A DNA stretch of 64,000 bases. Source: Candidatus Omnitrophota bacterium. Lineage in GTDB: Bacteria; Omnitrophota; Gorgyraeia; JABMRN01; RBG-13-46-9. The notes beneath the pieces are model-generated. The model worked only from the letters and a program-made list of their open reading frames with translations, was not told where the DNA came from and did no database searches. The position numbers and the translations under genes were made by a program. The stretch's first letter is position 1, and every line of letters starts with the position of its first letter. The stretch lies in NCBI GenBank assembly GCA_043817155.1, contig JBDRHE010000008.1:1554-65553 (forward strand). Direction: 5' to 3'. Shown here in pieces: positions 51,588 to 61,981 of this stretch.

Positions 51588-51621
51588 TATGTTAGAGACG
51601 TTCGAAAAGAGGGAAGAGAGT

Positions 51622-53157
51622 ATGGCAAAAGCAAAAATCTCGAAAAAGAATATCGGCTTTGACAATGAGAAGTACCTGAAGGAACAGACGCAGGCAATAT
51701 TAAAAAGAGTAAAGAAATTCAACAACAAGCTGTATCTGGAATTCGGAGGCAAGATCATCTTCGACATGCATGCTTCCAGAGTCCTTCCCGGATTCGATCC
51801 CAACGTCAAGATGCGGCTTTTGCAAAAGCTTAAGGACAAGGCCGACATCATACTCTGTATCTATGCAGGAGATATTGAGAGAAAGAAGGTGCGGGCGGAT
51901 TTTGGCATTACCTATGATGTAGATGCGATGAAACTCATCGACGACCTTAGGGGGTGGGGTATCGATGTTGCAGCGGTTGTAATAACACGTTTTGATAATC
52001 AGCCTGCGACAAAGGTCTTCAAGAACAAGCTTGAGCGTAGAGGCATGAAGGTGTATACGCACCGCTTCACAAAGGGCTACCCTACCGATGTGGACCTGAT
52101 CGTTAGTGATAACGGGTATGGCGCGAACAGTTATATAAAGACCAAGAAACCCCTGGTGGTTATTACCGGTCCCGGGCCAGGGAGCGGGAAGCTCGCAACA
52201 TGCCTTTCACAGCTTTATCACGAATATAAGAGAGGCGTAAGCGCCGGCTACGCCAAGTTCGAGACATTTCCTATTTGGAATCTTCCTCTGAGACACCCGG
52301 TAAATGTAGCATATGAGGCCGCAACAGCGGATCTTAGAGATTTCAATCTCGTAGATCCTTTCCATCTGGAGGAATATGGCGAAACCTCCATTAACTACAA
52401 CCGCGATGTCGACGCCTTTCCTCTTCTTAAGCGCATAATAGAGAAGATAACAAAGAAGAAGTCCTTTTATCAGTCACCGACGGATATGGGAGTGAACAAG
52501 GCAGGTTTCGGGATAATAGACGACAAAGTCACAAAGGGCGCAGCGAAGGAGGAGATCATAAGAAGGTACTTTAGATCGGCCTGTGAATACGTATTGGGCT
52601 TTGTGGATAAGGGAACGCTCGATAGATCTACTTTGATCATGGAAGGGGTGGGGTTAAAGCCGGAAGAGAGGCGTGTAGTCAAACCGGCCCGAAAGGCAGC
52701 CGAAGAAGCGCAGCGCAAGAAAAAGGGAAATGACGGGATCTTTTGCGGTGCCGCAATAGAACTGAAAGACGGATCGATCGTTACGGGAAAGAACTCACCG
52801 CTCATGCATGCTGCTTCGAGTCTCGTATTGAACGTCATAAAGGAGCTGGCTGAGATACCGGATAAGATCCATCTTCTCTCTCCCGAGATCTTAAGATCGA
52901 TAGCCGATCTCAAGAAGAATATATCGCATTCGAAGAGCGTAAGCCTGGATCTCGAAGAGACGCTAATAGCATTAAGTATAGGCGCTACCAGTAATCCGAC
53001 AGCTAAGATGGCTCTAGACAAGCTTAAGGATCTTCATGGGTGCCAGGTGCATACAACTCACATTCCTACTCCTGGCGATGAGACAGGTTTAAGGCGTCTG
53101 GGAGTAAATCTTACAAGCGATCCCAACTTTTCATCAAAGCTACTATTCGTTACGTGA
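51622..53157 (+). CDS. DUF1846 (UPF0371) family protein
   Basis: [50 protein letters not shown]. Confidence 0.9.
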   Translation: MAKAKISKKNIGFDNEKYLKEQTQAILKRVKKFNNKLYLEFGGKIIFDMHASRVLPGFDPNVKMRLLQKLKDKADIILCIYAGDIERKKVRADFGITYDVDAMKLIDDLRGWGIDVAAVVITRFDNQPATKVFKNKLERRGMKVYTHRFTKGYPTDVDLIVSDNGYGANSYIKTKKPLVVITGPGPGSGKLATCLSQLYHEYKRGVSAGYAKFETFPIWNLPLRHPVNVAYEAATADLRDFNLVDPFHLEEYGETSINYNRDVDAFPLLKRIIEKITKKKSFYQSPTDMGVNKAGFGIIDDKVTKGAAKEEIIRRYFRSACEYVLGFVDKGTLDRSTLIMEGVGLKPEERRVVKPARKAAEEAQRKKKGNDGIFCGAAIELKDGSIVTGKNSPLMHAASSLVLNVIKELAEIPDKIHLLSPEILRSIADLKKNISHSKSVSLDLEETLIALSIGATSNPTAKMALDKLKDLHGCQVHTTHIPTPGDETGLRRLGVNLTSDPNFSSKLLFVT

Positions 53158-53474
53158 TCTAGGGGCTATTAAGATATAGGGAAAATCCCTGGCGAAGATT
53201 CCTCTCCGAGCCTACGGCTCGTAGAGCCGGAGGCCTGCCTCTTTGCCATATTCCTTATCTTTCATAACTTATTCATTTACAAGAAGTTACAAACCTACGC
53301 GAAAATCAAATCCTCTTGATGCCCATTTCGTGCCTTGATTTTACCACAATTAAGGTGTATCATGTAAACGTGAGGATTCAGAATATTTCTCCAAAAAAGA
53401 AGGTATAAGGGAATAATAAAACAATAAATACAGCTTAAATTTGAGCTGTAACTGCATAATCATGGAGGTGCAAT

Positions 53475-55229
53475 ATGATATTAAAAAATGATACTTCGAA
53501 AAGTGTTTTCTGGTCTGCCGTTTCGACCTTAACGGCTACGATCACCAGGTCATTCAGGGCAATGATCATAACGTTAATATTGTCCATGTTCAGCCCGTGG
53601 GGGACAGAGTATTCTACAGCGAAAGATGATGATAAAAAACCAATTAATATCCTGTTTATTCTTACCGATAACCAGCCGCCGTCTACAATCGGTTGTTACG
53701 GCAACAAAGAAATATATACTCCCAACATTGACAGGCTGGCCGCGGAGGGGATACAGTTTCAAAACGCCTTTGCATGCAACGGCATGTGTTCTCCTACCAG
53801 AGCTTCGATAATGACGGCGCTCATGCCTTCTCAGCACGGTGTCCACACACAGCTGTCCGACCAGCTGCAGAAAGAATGGCCGAAAAACTGGTGCTCTGTC
53901 AGTGAATTCCGAACACTACCTCAGACACTATCAGACGCGGGATATCAGACCGCCTTAATAGGCAAATATCACCTGGGTATACCGGATAAGCCGCACCTTA
54001 AATTCGATGACTGGGTTACTTTCCCTGACGGGCATACATGGTGCTTTTACGGAAACGAGATAATAGATAACGGCAGGACCTACAGACATGAGGGGCATCT
54101 TACGGATTTCTGGACCAAAAAAGCCGTCGAATATATTGAGAGCTATGATGGTAAAAAACCTTTCTTCATCTACCTGGCTTACGACGCGCCTTACTCTTTG
54201 CCCCCGTCAATTTCCGGCCCGGCAAAGAACCGTTTTGCCGGAATGTACGAAGGCAAAGAGATGAAATATTCTCCGCAGATGGCGATGAACAAGATGATGA
54301 TGGAATACATGCTCAAGTCAGAAGAATATTACGGCTCTGCTCACGCCAACTGGATAAAAACCCTAAATGACACGCTGAACGACCAGGATTCCATACGGAA
54401 TCTGGCTTCTCAGGTAACGCTTGTGGACGACGGTGTTGGCAAGGTTCTCGAAGCCCTCAAAAAGAAAGGGCTTGATGAAAACACGTTGGTGGTCTTTACA
54501 TCCGATCAGGGGATAGCATACGGACAAAAGGGGTTCTGGGGGCAGACCGAAAACTCAATTCCTTCCAACCTTTACGAAACACCCATGAGCGTACCTCTGA
54601 TATTCCGGCACAAGGATCATATCCCTACCGGGCAAAAAACGGATATGCTCGTGAATGATTACGATCTTTTTCCGACTATCCTCGGTTATGCCGGCCTGGG
54701 GTATGTCAAAATAGCCAATACGCCCGGCAAAGATATTACCCCTTTGTTAAAAGGCGGAAAGACGGCGTGGGACCGCGACGCAATATTTATGGAACAGGAA
54801 GTTACGAGGGCGATCCGGACCGACGAATGGAAGTACATTAAAAGATGTCCGGTAGTCGTTGAAAAGCTTTTCAGCAAAGAAGAAGAACTGTCAAAAGACG
54901 CTCTTCTCGCTCTGGGTAAATACCCAAACTTTGAAATGGTCATAGGGATGTTTGCGCCCCCTTCTTACGGCGATGAGTTGTACAATATAAAGCGCGATCC
55001 CGGTGAAACTGAAAATCTGGCCAGTGACCCGAAATACGCGAAGGTAAAAGATGAACTCGGCAAACGGCTTACCGATTTTTTTGACAAATATTCCGACCCC
55101 AAGTACGACCTGTGGAAAGGCGGTACAGTCAAATCCAATTCAAACGTGGAATACATATGGAAAAAGATATGGCCCGGTTGGAAGCCGTTGACCGACCCGG
55201 TGGAGCGGCCTTTTTCCGATAAAAAATGA
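53475..55229 (+). CDS. Cys-type sulfatase
   Basis: NILFILTD, CSPTR formylglycine motif, GKYHL, TSDQG, ELYN..DPGE..NL. Confidence 0.93.
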   Translation: MILKNDTSKSVFWSAVSTLTATITRSFRAMIITLILSMFSPWGTEYSTAKDDDKKPINILFILTDNQPPSTIGCYGNKEIYTPNIDRLAAEGIQFQNAFACNGMCSPTRASIMTALMPSQHGVHTQLSDQLQKEWPKNWCSVSEFRTLPQTLSDAGYQTALIGKYHLGIPDKPHLKFDDWVTFPDGHTWCFYGNEIIDNGRTYRHEGHLTDFWTKKAVEYIESYDGKKPFFIYLAYDAPYSLPPSISGPAKNRFAGMYEGKEMKYSPQMAMNKMMMEYMLKSEEYYGSAHANWIKTLNDTLNDQDSIRNLASQVTLVDDGVGKVLEALKKKGLDENTLVVFTSDQGIAYGQKGFWGQTENSIPSNLYETPMSVPLIFRHKDHIPTGQKTDMLVNDYDLFPTILGYAGLGYVKIANTPGKDITPLLKGGKTAWDRDAIFMEQEVTRAIRTDEWKYIKRCPVVVEKLFSKEEELSKDALLALGKYPNFEMVIGMFAPPSYGDELYNIKRDPGETENLASDPKYAKVKDELGKRLTDFFDKYSDPKYDLWKGGTVKSNSNVEYIWKKIWPGWKPLTDPVERPFSDKK

Positions 55230-56413
55230 ACTATTCAAAAGATTCACAGTTTCATGTGATAGCGAAGACCGTAGGCTCCGAATGCAACCTGGAGTGTAGT
55301 TACTGCTATTACCTAGATAAGAGGAGCCGCATTTCGAGAGGCGGGAACTTCCTCATCCCGGACGACACTCTAGAAAATTTCATACATCAGTATATTAACG
55401 GGCAGGGGCATAAAGAAATCCGATTTTCCTGGCAGGGCGGGGAACCCACACTTGCTGGGATACCTTTTTTCGAAAAAGTTATAGCTTTACAGAAAAAGCA
55501 TCGCCCGCCAGGGAAAAATGTATATAATGATTTTCAGACGAACGGCGTTCTTCTCGATGACGGGTGGTGCGCGTTTTTACATGAAAACAACTTTCTTGTG
55601 GGGCTTAGCGTTGACGGCCCTCGTCAGCTGCATGACAAATACCGCCTTGATAAAAAAGGCGGTTCCACCTTCGATAAAATAGTTAACGCCGCGAAGCTTC
55701 TAAAAAATCACAAAGTGGAGTACAACACTTTGACCGTTGTGAACCGCGTCAATGCCGGACACCCTCTGGATGTTTATAGGTTCCTCCGCGATGAAGTAGA
55801 TTCCACATATATGCAGTTTATCGCCTGCGTTGAGCCGGAGGACTTTAAAACCGCGGCTCCGCACGGGGGCAACTCTACCGTTACGGGATGGTCGGTTGCT
55901 GCGCTCGACTACGGGGATTTTTTGTGCGGTATATTCGATGAATGGTACGGGAGCGATATAGGTAGAGTTTTTGTCGTTAATTTCGAGGCAGCTCTTAATC
56001 TGTGGATGGGGAAGCGTTCGTCAGTGTGTTATTTCTCTGAGACTTGCGGAAAATCCCTTGCCATGGAAAATGACGGCAGTCTCTATTCGTGCGACCACTA
56101 TGTCTATCCTGAGCATAAACTTGGGAATATAGACCAGAAATCCCTGCCGGAGATGGCATTTTCCAGACGGCAGATGGATTTCGGTTTAAGCAAGACCAGC
56201 TCTTTGCCATCGTGCTGTCGTGCGTGCAAGTACCTGTTCGCGTGTAACGGCGGATGTCCGAAAAATCGTCTGATCTTCACGCCGGAGGGGCAGTCCGGAC
56301 TAAATTATCTTTGCCGCGGACTTAAAAGATACTTCAGCCACATCGAGCCTTATATGGATTCTTTTAGCGAAAGGATCAAGAAATCACAGACAGTATCTCG
56401 GGACGGTTGTTGA
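55226..56413 (+). CDS. Anaerobic sulfatase-maturating radical SAM/SPASM enzyme (anSME)
   Basis: CNLECSYCYY, WQGGEP, QTNG, SPASM cysteines (YSCDH, C..C.....C.GGCPK). Confidence 0.94.
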   Translation: MNYSKDSQFHVIAKTVGSECNLECSYCYYLDKRSRISRGGNFLIPDDTLENFIHQYINGQGHKEIRFSWQGGEPTLAGIPFFEKVIALQKKHRPPGKNVYNDFQTNGVLLDDGWCAFLHENNFLVGLSVDGPRQLHDKYRLDKKGGSTFDKIVNAAKLLKNHKVEYNTLTVVNRVNAGHPLDVYRFLRDEVDSTYMQFIACVEPEDFKTAAPHGGNSTVTGWSVAALDYGDFLCGIFDEWYGSDIGRVFVVNFEAALNLWMGKRSSVCYFSETCGKSLAMENDGSLYSCDHYVYPEHKLGNIDQKSLPEMAFSRRQMDFGLSKTSSLPSCCRACKYLFACNGGCPKNRLIFTPEGQSGLNYLCRGLKRYFSHIEPYMDSFSERIKKSQTVSRDGC

Positions 56414-56832
56414 AGTACTAATTCTGCGGATAAGACCCGGCACATTGAAACACGTTCCTGTATATGTAATTCCAGGTGCCCAAACGGTGCCCCCTCCTAC
56501 GCCCGGCAGGCAGAACTTCATGGAGGTATGTCTTCGGAGGGCAGGCATCTAAAGCCTAAAAAGAAGCATAGTTAAGCAGCGTGTCCCCTTAATTAACCCT
56601 TGGGTCTATTTTAATATTGACGTATGATTCTATCTATAAGGAGTTAACTTATGGCCGATAAATCAGTTGAGAAAATAATTCAAGAATTAAAAACCTGCGA
56701 AAGAAGCATACCTAAAGAACAGATGAAGAGGATCTAATTACCGATAAATATGTAGCCAATTAATGTAACACTATTATTTTGTTTGGGTTATGACAAAAGG
56801 ATCTAGATCCGGGTTACAATTACAATTCTAAC

Positions 56833-57576
56833 ATGACAGAGATACTTTCAGTAAAAGGGCTCGTCAAATCATACGGCAAACTTATGGCCGTAAACGCTAT
56901 ATCCTTTAGCGTTAGGCGCAATGAGATCGTAGGCCTTCTCGGCCCGAACGGAGCCGGGAAGACCACCACCATAAATATGGTACTGGGTGTACTGGAACCT
57001 GATGGCGGGAACATACTGATAGACGGATTGGACCTTAAATCCGATCGCTCGCGTGCTATTTCGCGCACGAATTTCACCGCCGCGCATACGCCATTGCCCG
57101 GCAACCTTAAGGTAAGGGAGAACTTAAGGATCTTTGCGGCTCTATACGGGGTAAAAGATGTTGCCCGGCGCGTGGACGAAGTTATAAAAGAGTTTGATCT
57201 CGAGAAGTTTCGCAACAAGAAATGTGGTTTGCTTTCCTCGGGCGAACAGGTGCGCACAGGCCTCGCCAAAGCGATGCTTAACGAGCCGACACTTCTCTTG
57301 CTTGACGAACCCACCGCGTCGCTTGACCCGTCTACAGCGCAGGATATTCGCGCGATAATACGCGCGTTCGCAACAAACGGCCCCGGAGGGATATTGTGGA
57401 CCTCTCACAATATGTACGAGGTAGAGGAGGTATGCGATCGCGTACTTTTTTTATCACACGGCAAGATACTTCTGGAAGGTGATCCGAAAACACTTCCGTC
57501 CGAGCATGGCAAAAAAACACTGGAAGAACTCTTCATTAAAGTTGCCCGCGAACCGCTTACACTGGGAGATTTTTAG
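56833..57576 (+). CDS. ABC-2 exporter ATP-binding protein
   Basis: GPNGAGKT, LSSGE, LLLDEPT, SH. Confidence 0.93.
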   Translation: MTEILSVKGLVKSYGKLMAVNAISFSVRRNEIVGLLGPNGAGKTTTINMVLGVLEPDGGNILIDGLDLKSDRSRAISRTNFTAAHTPLPGNLKVRENLRIFAALYGVKDVARRVDEVIKEFDLEKFRNKKCGLLSSGEQVRTGLAKAMLNEPTLLLLDEPTASLDPSTAQDIRAIIRAFATNGPGGILWTSHNMYEVEEVCDRVLFLSHGKILLEGDPKTLPSEHGKKTLEELFIKVAREPLTLGDF

Positions 57577-57578
57577 AT

Positions 57579-58382
57579 ATGTCGTTTCACCGCATTTTCG
57601 CGCTTTTGCTTCGTCAATTATACCTTATACGGGGAAGCTTCGCGCGCCTCTTCCCGCTTTTCGCGTGGGCCGGAATCGACATGGTTCTCTGGGGATTTTT
57701 GACAAGATATCTCAACACTTTTGTTTCTTCAGGGTATAATTTTGTCCCTGCGCTTCTGGGAGCGGTCCTTTTATGGGATTTTTTTATACGCATTATGCAG
57801 GGTATAACAATGGCCTTTTTTGAAGACGTGTGGTCCAACAATTTCATAAACATATTCGCTACGCCGCTTCTCGTATCCGAATATGTGGCAGGCCTGGTTA
57901 TTTCAAGTATTGCGACCAGCATAATAGGCCTTTCTGTTATGCTGACTATAGTAGGCTTATTCTTTAATCTGTCTGTCTTTGTTTATGGTATCATGGCTAT
58001 ACCGTTCGTAGCGGTGCTTTTCCTGTTTGGAATTTCCATAGGTATTTTTGGAACCGCTCTGGTATTACATTTTGGTCCGGCATCGGAATGGTTTATATGG
58101 CCTATCCCGGCCCTTATTTCCCCGTTTGCCGGAGTTTTGTATCCTATTTCAACGCTCCCGCGCTTGATGCAGTATATATCTCGCATATTTCCGCCTTCTT
58201 ATGTGTTCGAGGGCCTTAGAGCGATCGTGTTGAACAGGGAATTTTCCGGTGTCACGCTGATATGGGCGGCCTTTTTAGCCGGAGTTTATATAGTACTGGC
58301 GTATCTTTTTTTTGTGAAAGTTTACAAAAAATCTTTGCGCACAGGCCTCCTGGCCCGTTACAGCGCCGAAAGCTTAAATTAA
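57579..58382 (+). CDS. ABC-2 type permease
   Basis: Six TM segments, YPISTLP..Q....P.SYVFEGLR. Confidence 0.9.
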   Translation: MSFHRIFALLLRQLYLIRGSFARLFPLFAWAGIDMVLWGFLTRYLNTFVSSGYNFVPALLGAVLLWDFFIRIMQGITMAFFEDVWSNNFINIFATPLLVSEYVAGLVISSIATSIIGLSVMLTIVGLFFNLSVFVYGIMAIPFVAVLFLFGISIGIFGTALVLHFGPASEWFIWPIPALISPFAGVLYPISTLPRLMQYISRIFPPSYVFEGLRAIVLNREFSGVTLIWAAFLAGVYIVLAYLFFVKVYKKSLRTGLLARYSAESLN

Positions 58383-58720
58383 TATTAAATAGTTGGTGTT
58401 TTTAGAGGGTCGGGTCTCGCCATGTGCAAAAAACCGGCAAAGATGGCGATTATCGAGGCGCGACCCTAACGATTTACAAAGGACACACTTTAGTGTATAT
58501 CATTATCATTGACCTGGTGTCAAATGTATCTTGAAGGGTGTTCGATTTAGTGGTAAAATAAGACTTGTGGATTTGGGTTACAGTGAGGGGCGAGTCTAAG
58601 TTCATAGCTAGAATCATCATAATCTACATTGGGTAAATCCGTGATGGTTAGGCATGCCGTTGCGGCCCTGTAAACCGCAAAAAACCGGAGACAAACCACC
58701 AAACAATATAGGAAGCGCTT

Positions 58721-59950
58721 ATGAAAAAAATTATTTATCACTACAGAATCATAAAATTCTTTGTGTGCCTTTTGTGTTTGACGGCAACTACTTCAATCGG
58801 TTTGGCCGTCGCGGAAGATTTTGGTTTTATAACAAGCGAACAGAGGAAACTTAATAGAGATAATGAAAATATGGAATTTCAGGAGCGTTTTCAGTGGTGG
58901 CCCACAGACGCTATGCCTGCGCCGGTAGAGGACAAGGAGCGCGGAGGATACTGGTGGTGGCCTAATACGCCCGGCAAAACAGAACTGTTATGGGGGAACA
59001 GGGGCTATGTATATGTGAGAAAAATAATCTTTGATTACAAAGCGGAAGAACTTCCTCCGCCAAAACCCGAAGAATTACGCCCGTCTCTTCTCATAAAGAA
59101 AGAAATCAAAAATGTGAAGATATACTTCGATTACGACAAAGCTGATTTAAGAGCCGACCACATTCCTATTCTGGAGGACGCAGTCAGGATTTTAAGGAAA
59201 AACTCCAAAGCCGATATCCTGATTACCGGAAATTGCGATAGCCGCGGCTCAGAGACCTATAATGAAAATTTAGGTAAACAACGGGGGGTAGCGGTTAAGG
59301 ATTTCATGATAGAAAAAGGTATTCCTGAAGACCGTATCCGTATAATAAGCAAGGGAAAGCTTGGCGCCGTAGCGCCTATTACCGACCTTGTGGGTATGCA
59401 AAAGGATAGGAATGCCCAGTTCATGGTTGCCGAGGTTGAGGAGATAATGATTCCCTACAAAGGGGAAGGGAAGGCCGGAGAACTCGATGCTACGCCTATA
59501 GGTGAGAATCGATATGCCACCGAGGAGAATATAGTCGTTGAATCCCAAGTCAAGGTTTCTACAAAGGAATACGTTGTGCAAAAAGGGGATACGCTTAAGA
59601 AAATCGCGGAGGAGCAATTGGGCGGTATTCACAGATGGAAATATCTGTATGAATTCAACAAGGCGCAAATCAAAGACCCCGCCGCGCTTCAGCCGGGAAC
59701 GGTCATAATAATCCCTATAGAACAGGAGGGTCATGGAAAAGCGCCTAATGCAAAGGCAGTTACCGTTACCGAAACTTCACCCGGGTGGCGAACTTATACA
59801 ATTAGCAAAAACGATTCTTTGTGGAAAATAGCTAAGAAACAGCTGGGAGATGGAAAGCGCTGGAAGGAGATATACGAACTTAACAAAGGTAAAATTAAGA
59901 ATCCGGATGCGCTTATTGCGGGCACACAAATCATAATACCCGTTAAGTGA
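58721..59950 (+). CDS. OmpA-C-like peptidoglycan-binding protein with two LysM domains
   Basis: IYFDYDK, GNCDSRGS..YN..LG..R; YVVQKGDTL..IA and YTISKNDSLW.IA. Confidence 0.9.
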   Translation: MKKIIYHYRIIKFFVCLLCLTATTSIGLAVAEDFGFITSEQRKLNRDNENMEFQERFQWWPTDAMPAPVEDKERGGYWWWPNTPGKTELLWGNRGYVYVRKIIFDYKAEELPPPKPEELRPSLLIKKEIKNVKIYFDYDKADLRADHIPILEDAVRILRKNSKADILITGNCDSRGSETYNENLGKQRGVAVKDFMIEKGIPEDRIRIISKGKLGAVAPITDLVGMQKDRNAQFMVAEVEEIMIPYKGEGKAGELDATPIGENRYATEENIVVESQVKVSTKEYVVQKGDTLKKIAEEQLGGIHRWKYLYEFNKAQIKDPAALQPGTVIIIPIEQEGHGKAPNAKAVTVTETSPGWRTYTISKNDSLWKIAKKQLGDGKRWKEIYELNKGKIKNPDALIAGTQIIIPVK

Positions 59951-60006
59951 ATGGGTGTAAGCGGTTTGACCTGACCCCCTTAAACTTTTTTGAGATTCAA
60001 ACTCGT

Positions 60007-60073
60007 GTCATCCCCGCGGAAGCGGGGATCCATTGTTGACTCTCGCCTGGATTCCCGCTTGCGCGGGAATGAC
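60007..60073 (+). repeat. Family A REP doublet, insert-free form
   Basis: GTCATCCCCGCGGAAGCGGGGATCC..GGATTCCCGCTTGCGCGGGAATGAC. Confidence 0.85.
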
Positions 60074-60131
60074 AAACAGTCTAATTTGGACAGTTATGAT
60101 ATAGTGTGTATACTAAATGCGGAGGTGAGAG

Positions 60132-60545
60132 ATGAATCATTCTTTTTTTCTGACAGTAATCTTGCTTGTTTTCCTGTCCGCACCAGCCTATTGCCAGAGC
60201 GATGAAGAAGTACGCGATACCGATGTTTTGTTCGAAAATGAAGCGTTTGTCGACGAACCCTCCCTCTCCTGTATGCCCGCAGGATCCACAAAGACTGAAA
60301 CTGAAGATCAGGAACAGCGGGAAGAAACAAACCCGGAAGAAGATGAAGAGAACGATATTTATCAGCCGGGTCTCCTCGAAAAAGTAGAAAAAGAAGGAAT
60401 TATCGCTGCGCAGGAGGAGAAGCAGGGCTCCGCGTATGACCCTGACCCCTCCCATCTCATGGAGAGTAAGGAAGACGAGCGGATTTACGATATAGGTCGT
60501 CAGCGCGACCAAAGATCCGCGCCCATTCGCACACGCAGACGATAG
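60132..60545 (+). CDS. Hypothetical acidic secreted protein
   Basis: GGAGGTG RBS, signal peptide, Glu-rich. Confidence 0.65.
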   Translation: MNHSFFLTVILLVFLSAPAYCQSDEEVRDTDVLFENEAFVDEPSLSCMPAGSTKTETEDQEQREETNPEEDEENDIYQPGLLEKVEKEGIIAAQEEKQGSAYDPDPSHLMESKEDERIYDIGRQRDQRSAPIRTRRR

Positions 60546-60690
60546 AAGAACCTTCCATCTGTGATCGGCATTGGGGTTGCGTTCCGACAATCGACATTTT
60601 TAGCGTTTTGTCAAATGCCGAGATCTCGCCATTTGATAAACGTTGTCAATTGTCGTGACCCAATGCTCAGACTTTTACGGAGGGTCATAC

Positions 60691-61401
60691 ATGAACCTCA
60701 TCCTTTTATTAAAAGAAGATTTTATCGCAGGGCATGATCGCGTCCGTCTCTCAGGCAGGAGGCATAAGCACATCCGCGATATCCTAAAATCTTCTGCCGG
60801 CGATGAGCTGTGTGTCGGCCGAGAAGGTAGCCGGATCGGCACGGGCCGGGTGCTGGCAATTGATAATAAGATGGTCGAGATGAATGTCACATTAGAGAAA
60901 GACCCGCCATTGCCGCTGCCGCTTACCCTGATACTGGCCCTGCCGCGGCCGCTCGTCCTGAGGAGGGTGTTGATCCACTCGACAGTCCTTGGCGTAAAAA
61001 AGATCATATTACTGCATACGAAAAGGGTCCAGAAAAGTTATTGGAAGAGCCCCGCCCTTAGAGAGGAAAAGATAAGAGAACAGTTCATACTGGGGCTTGA
61101 ACAGGCAAAGGATACTGTTATGCCCAAGATCCAATTCCGCAAGAAGTTTAAGCCTTTCGCAGAGGATGAGCTCCCCGATATGATCAAAGGGAGCCAGGCA
61201 TTTGTTGCCAACTGCGAAGGAGATGCGGCACATCCGATCAAAGGCGATAGGCCGGTCATACTTGTGATAGGGCCGGAGGGCGGGTTTATTCCTTACGAGA
61301 TCGAGAGGCTTAAAAAAAGCGGATGCAGAGCTGTCAACTTCGGCGAGCGCATCATGAATGTGGAAACGGCTGTAGTTGCCTGCATCTCCAGGCTTATGTA
61401 A
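60691..61401 (+). CDS. rsmE: 16S rRNA m3U1498 methyltransferase
   Basis: H...IL, LALPRP, LEQA, IGPEGGF..E, GERI..VETA. Confidence 0.9.
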   Translation: MNLILLLKEDFIAGHDRVRLSGRRHKHIRDILKSSAGDELCVGREGSRIGTGRVLAIDNKMVEMNVTLEKDPPLPLPLTLILALPRPLVLRRVLIHSTVLGVKKIILLHTKRVQKSYWKSPALREEKIREQFILGLEQAKDTVMPKIQFRKKFKPFAEDELPDMIKGSQAFVANCEGDAAHPIKGDRPVILVIGPEGGFIPYEIERLKKSGCRAVNFGERIMNVETAVVACISRLM

Positions 61402-61567
61402 AAAGTTAATAGGGACGTGTCAAAAATGGACATGCTATAAGTGACACCTCCCCAAAATACGCAAAGGATAATAGGCAAATTTGGACATTTTTACAGTAGT
61501 TCGACGCATTCGTTTCGCTCATTTGCTCACCGCGAATTCGAGCCCCGTTCCGACCTAAACGCAGAAA

Positions 61568-61798
61568 GGTAGCGTATAATATTCTGTGTAAATTCAACAT
61601 GTCAGATGGCTACGGCGCGGCCTTTCAGACGAATTTTGCGGCTCACTGCAATTGGTGTATTTAATATTTCTCGCCGCCTCCGGCGTCTTTACTCAATTGC
61701 TTTCGTTCGCGCACAAAATTTTCTGTCTTCAAGGCCACGCCGTAGCCATCTGCCTTAAGTTACGCAAATGGAATTGACACAATATTTTTAACGCAACC
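61568..61798. repeat. Long imperfect palindrome (MITE- or ncRNA-like)
   Basis: CAGATGGCTACGGCGCGGCCTT / AAGGCCACGCCGTAGCCATCTG with further inner and outer paired segments. Confidence 0.75.
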
Positions 61799-61888
61799 AC
61801 GCAGAAATTCTGTATTTAAATCCTTAATATTTGTGATACAATGCGTTAGCAACAACGCCTGTAGAGCGTCTTATTTATAGCGAAATTT

Positions 61889-61933
61889 AGTGGAACCCCC
61901 GGACTAAAGTCCGGGGAATCCTGCGGGCGGATT
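61889..61933 (-). repeat. Inverted copy of the 51542-51587 hairpin element
   Basis: AGTGGAACCCCCGGACTAAAGTCCGGGGAATCCTGCGGGCGGATT. Confidence 0.85.
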
Positions 61934-61981
61934 GAAAAATATACAGTTGGATAAAACGTTTACTAACTCCTAATTTTGCGC

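Noticed and set aside
58500-58720. Cobalamin or c-di-GMP riboswitch upstream of the OmpA-LysM gene
   Set aside because: Only scattered short matches (CTGTAA, GGAGAC, GTCTAAG); the conserved cores could not be assembled.
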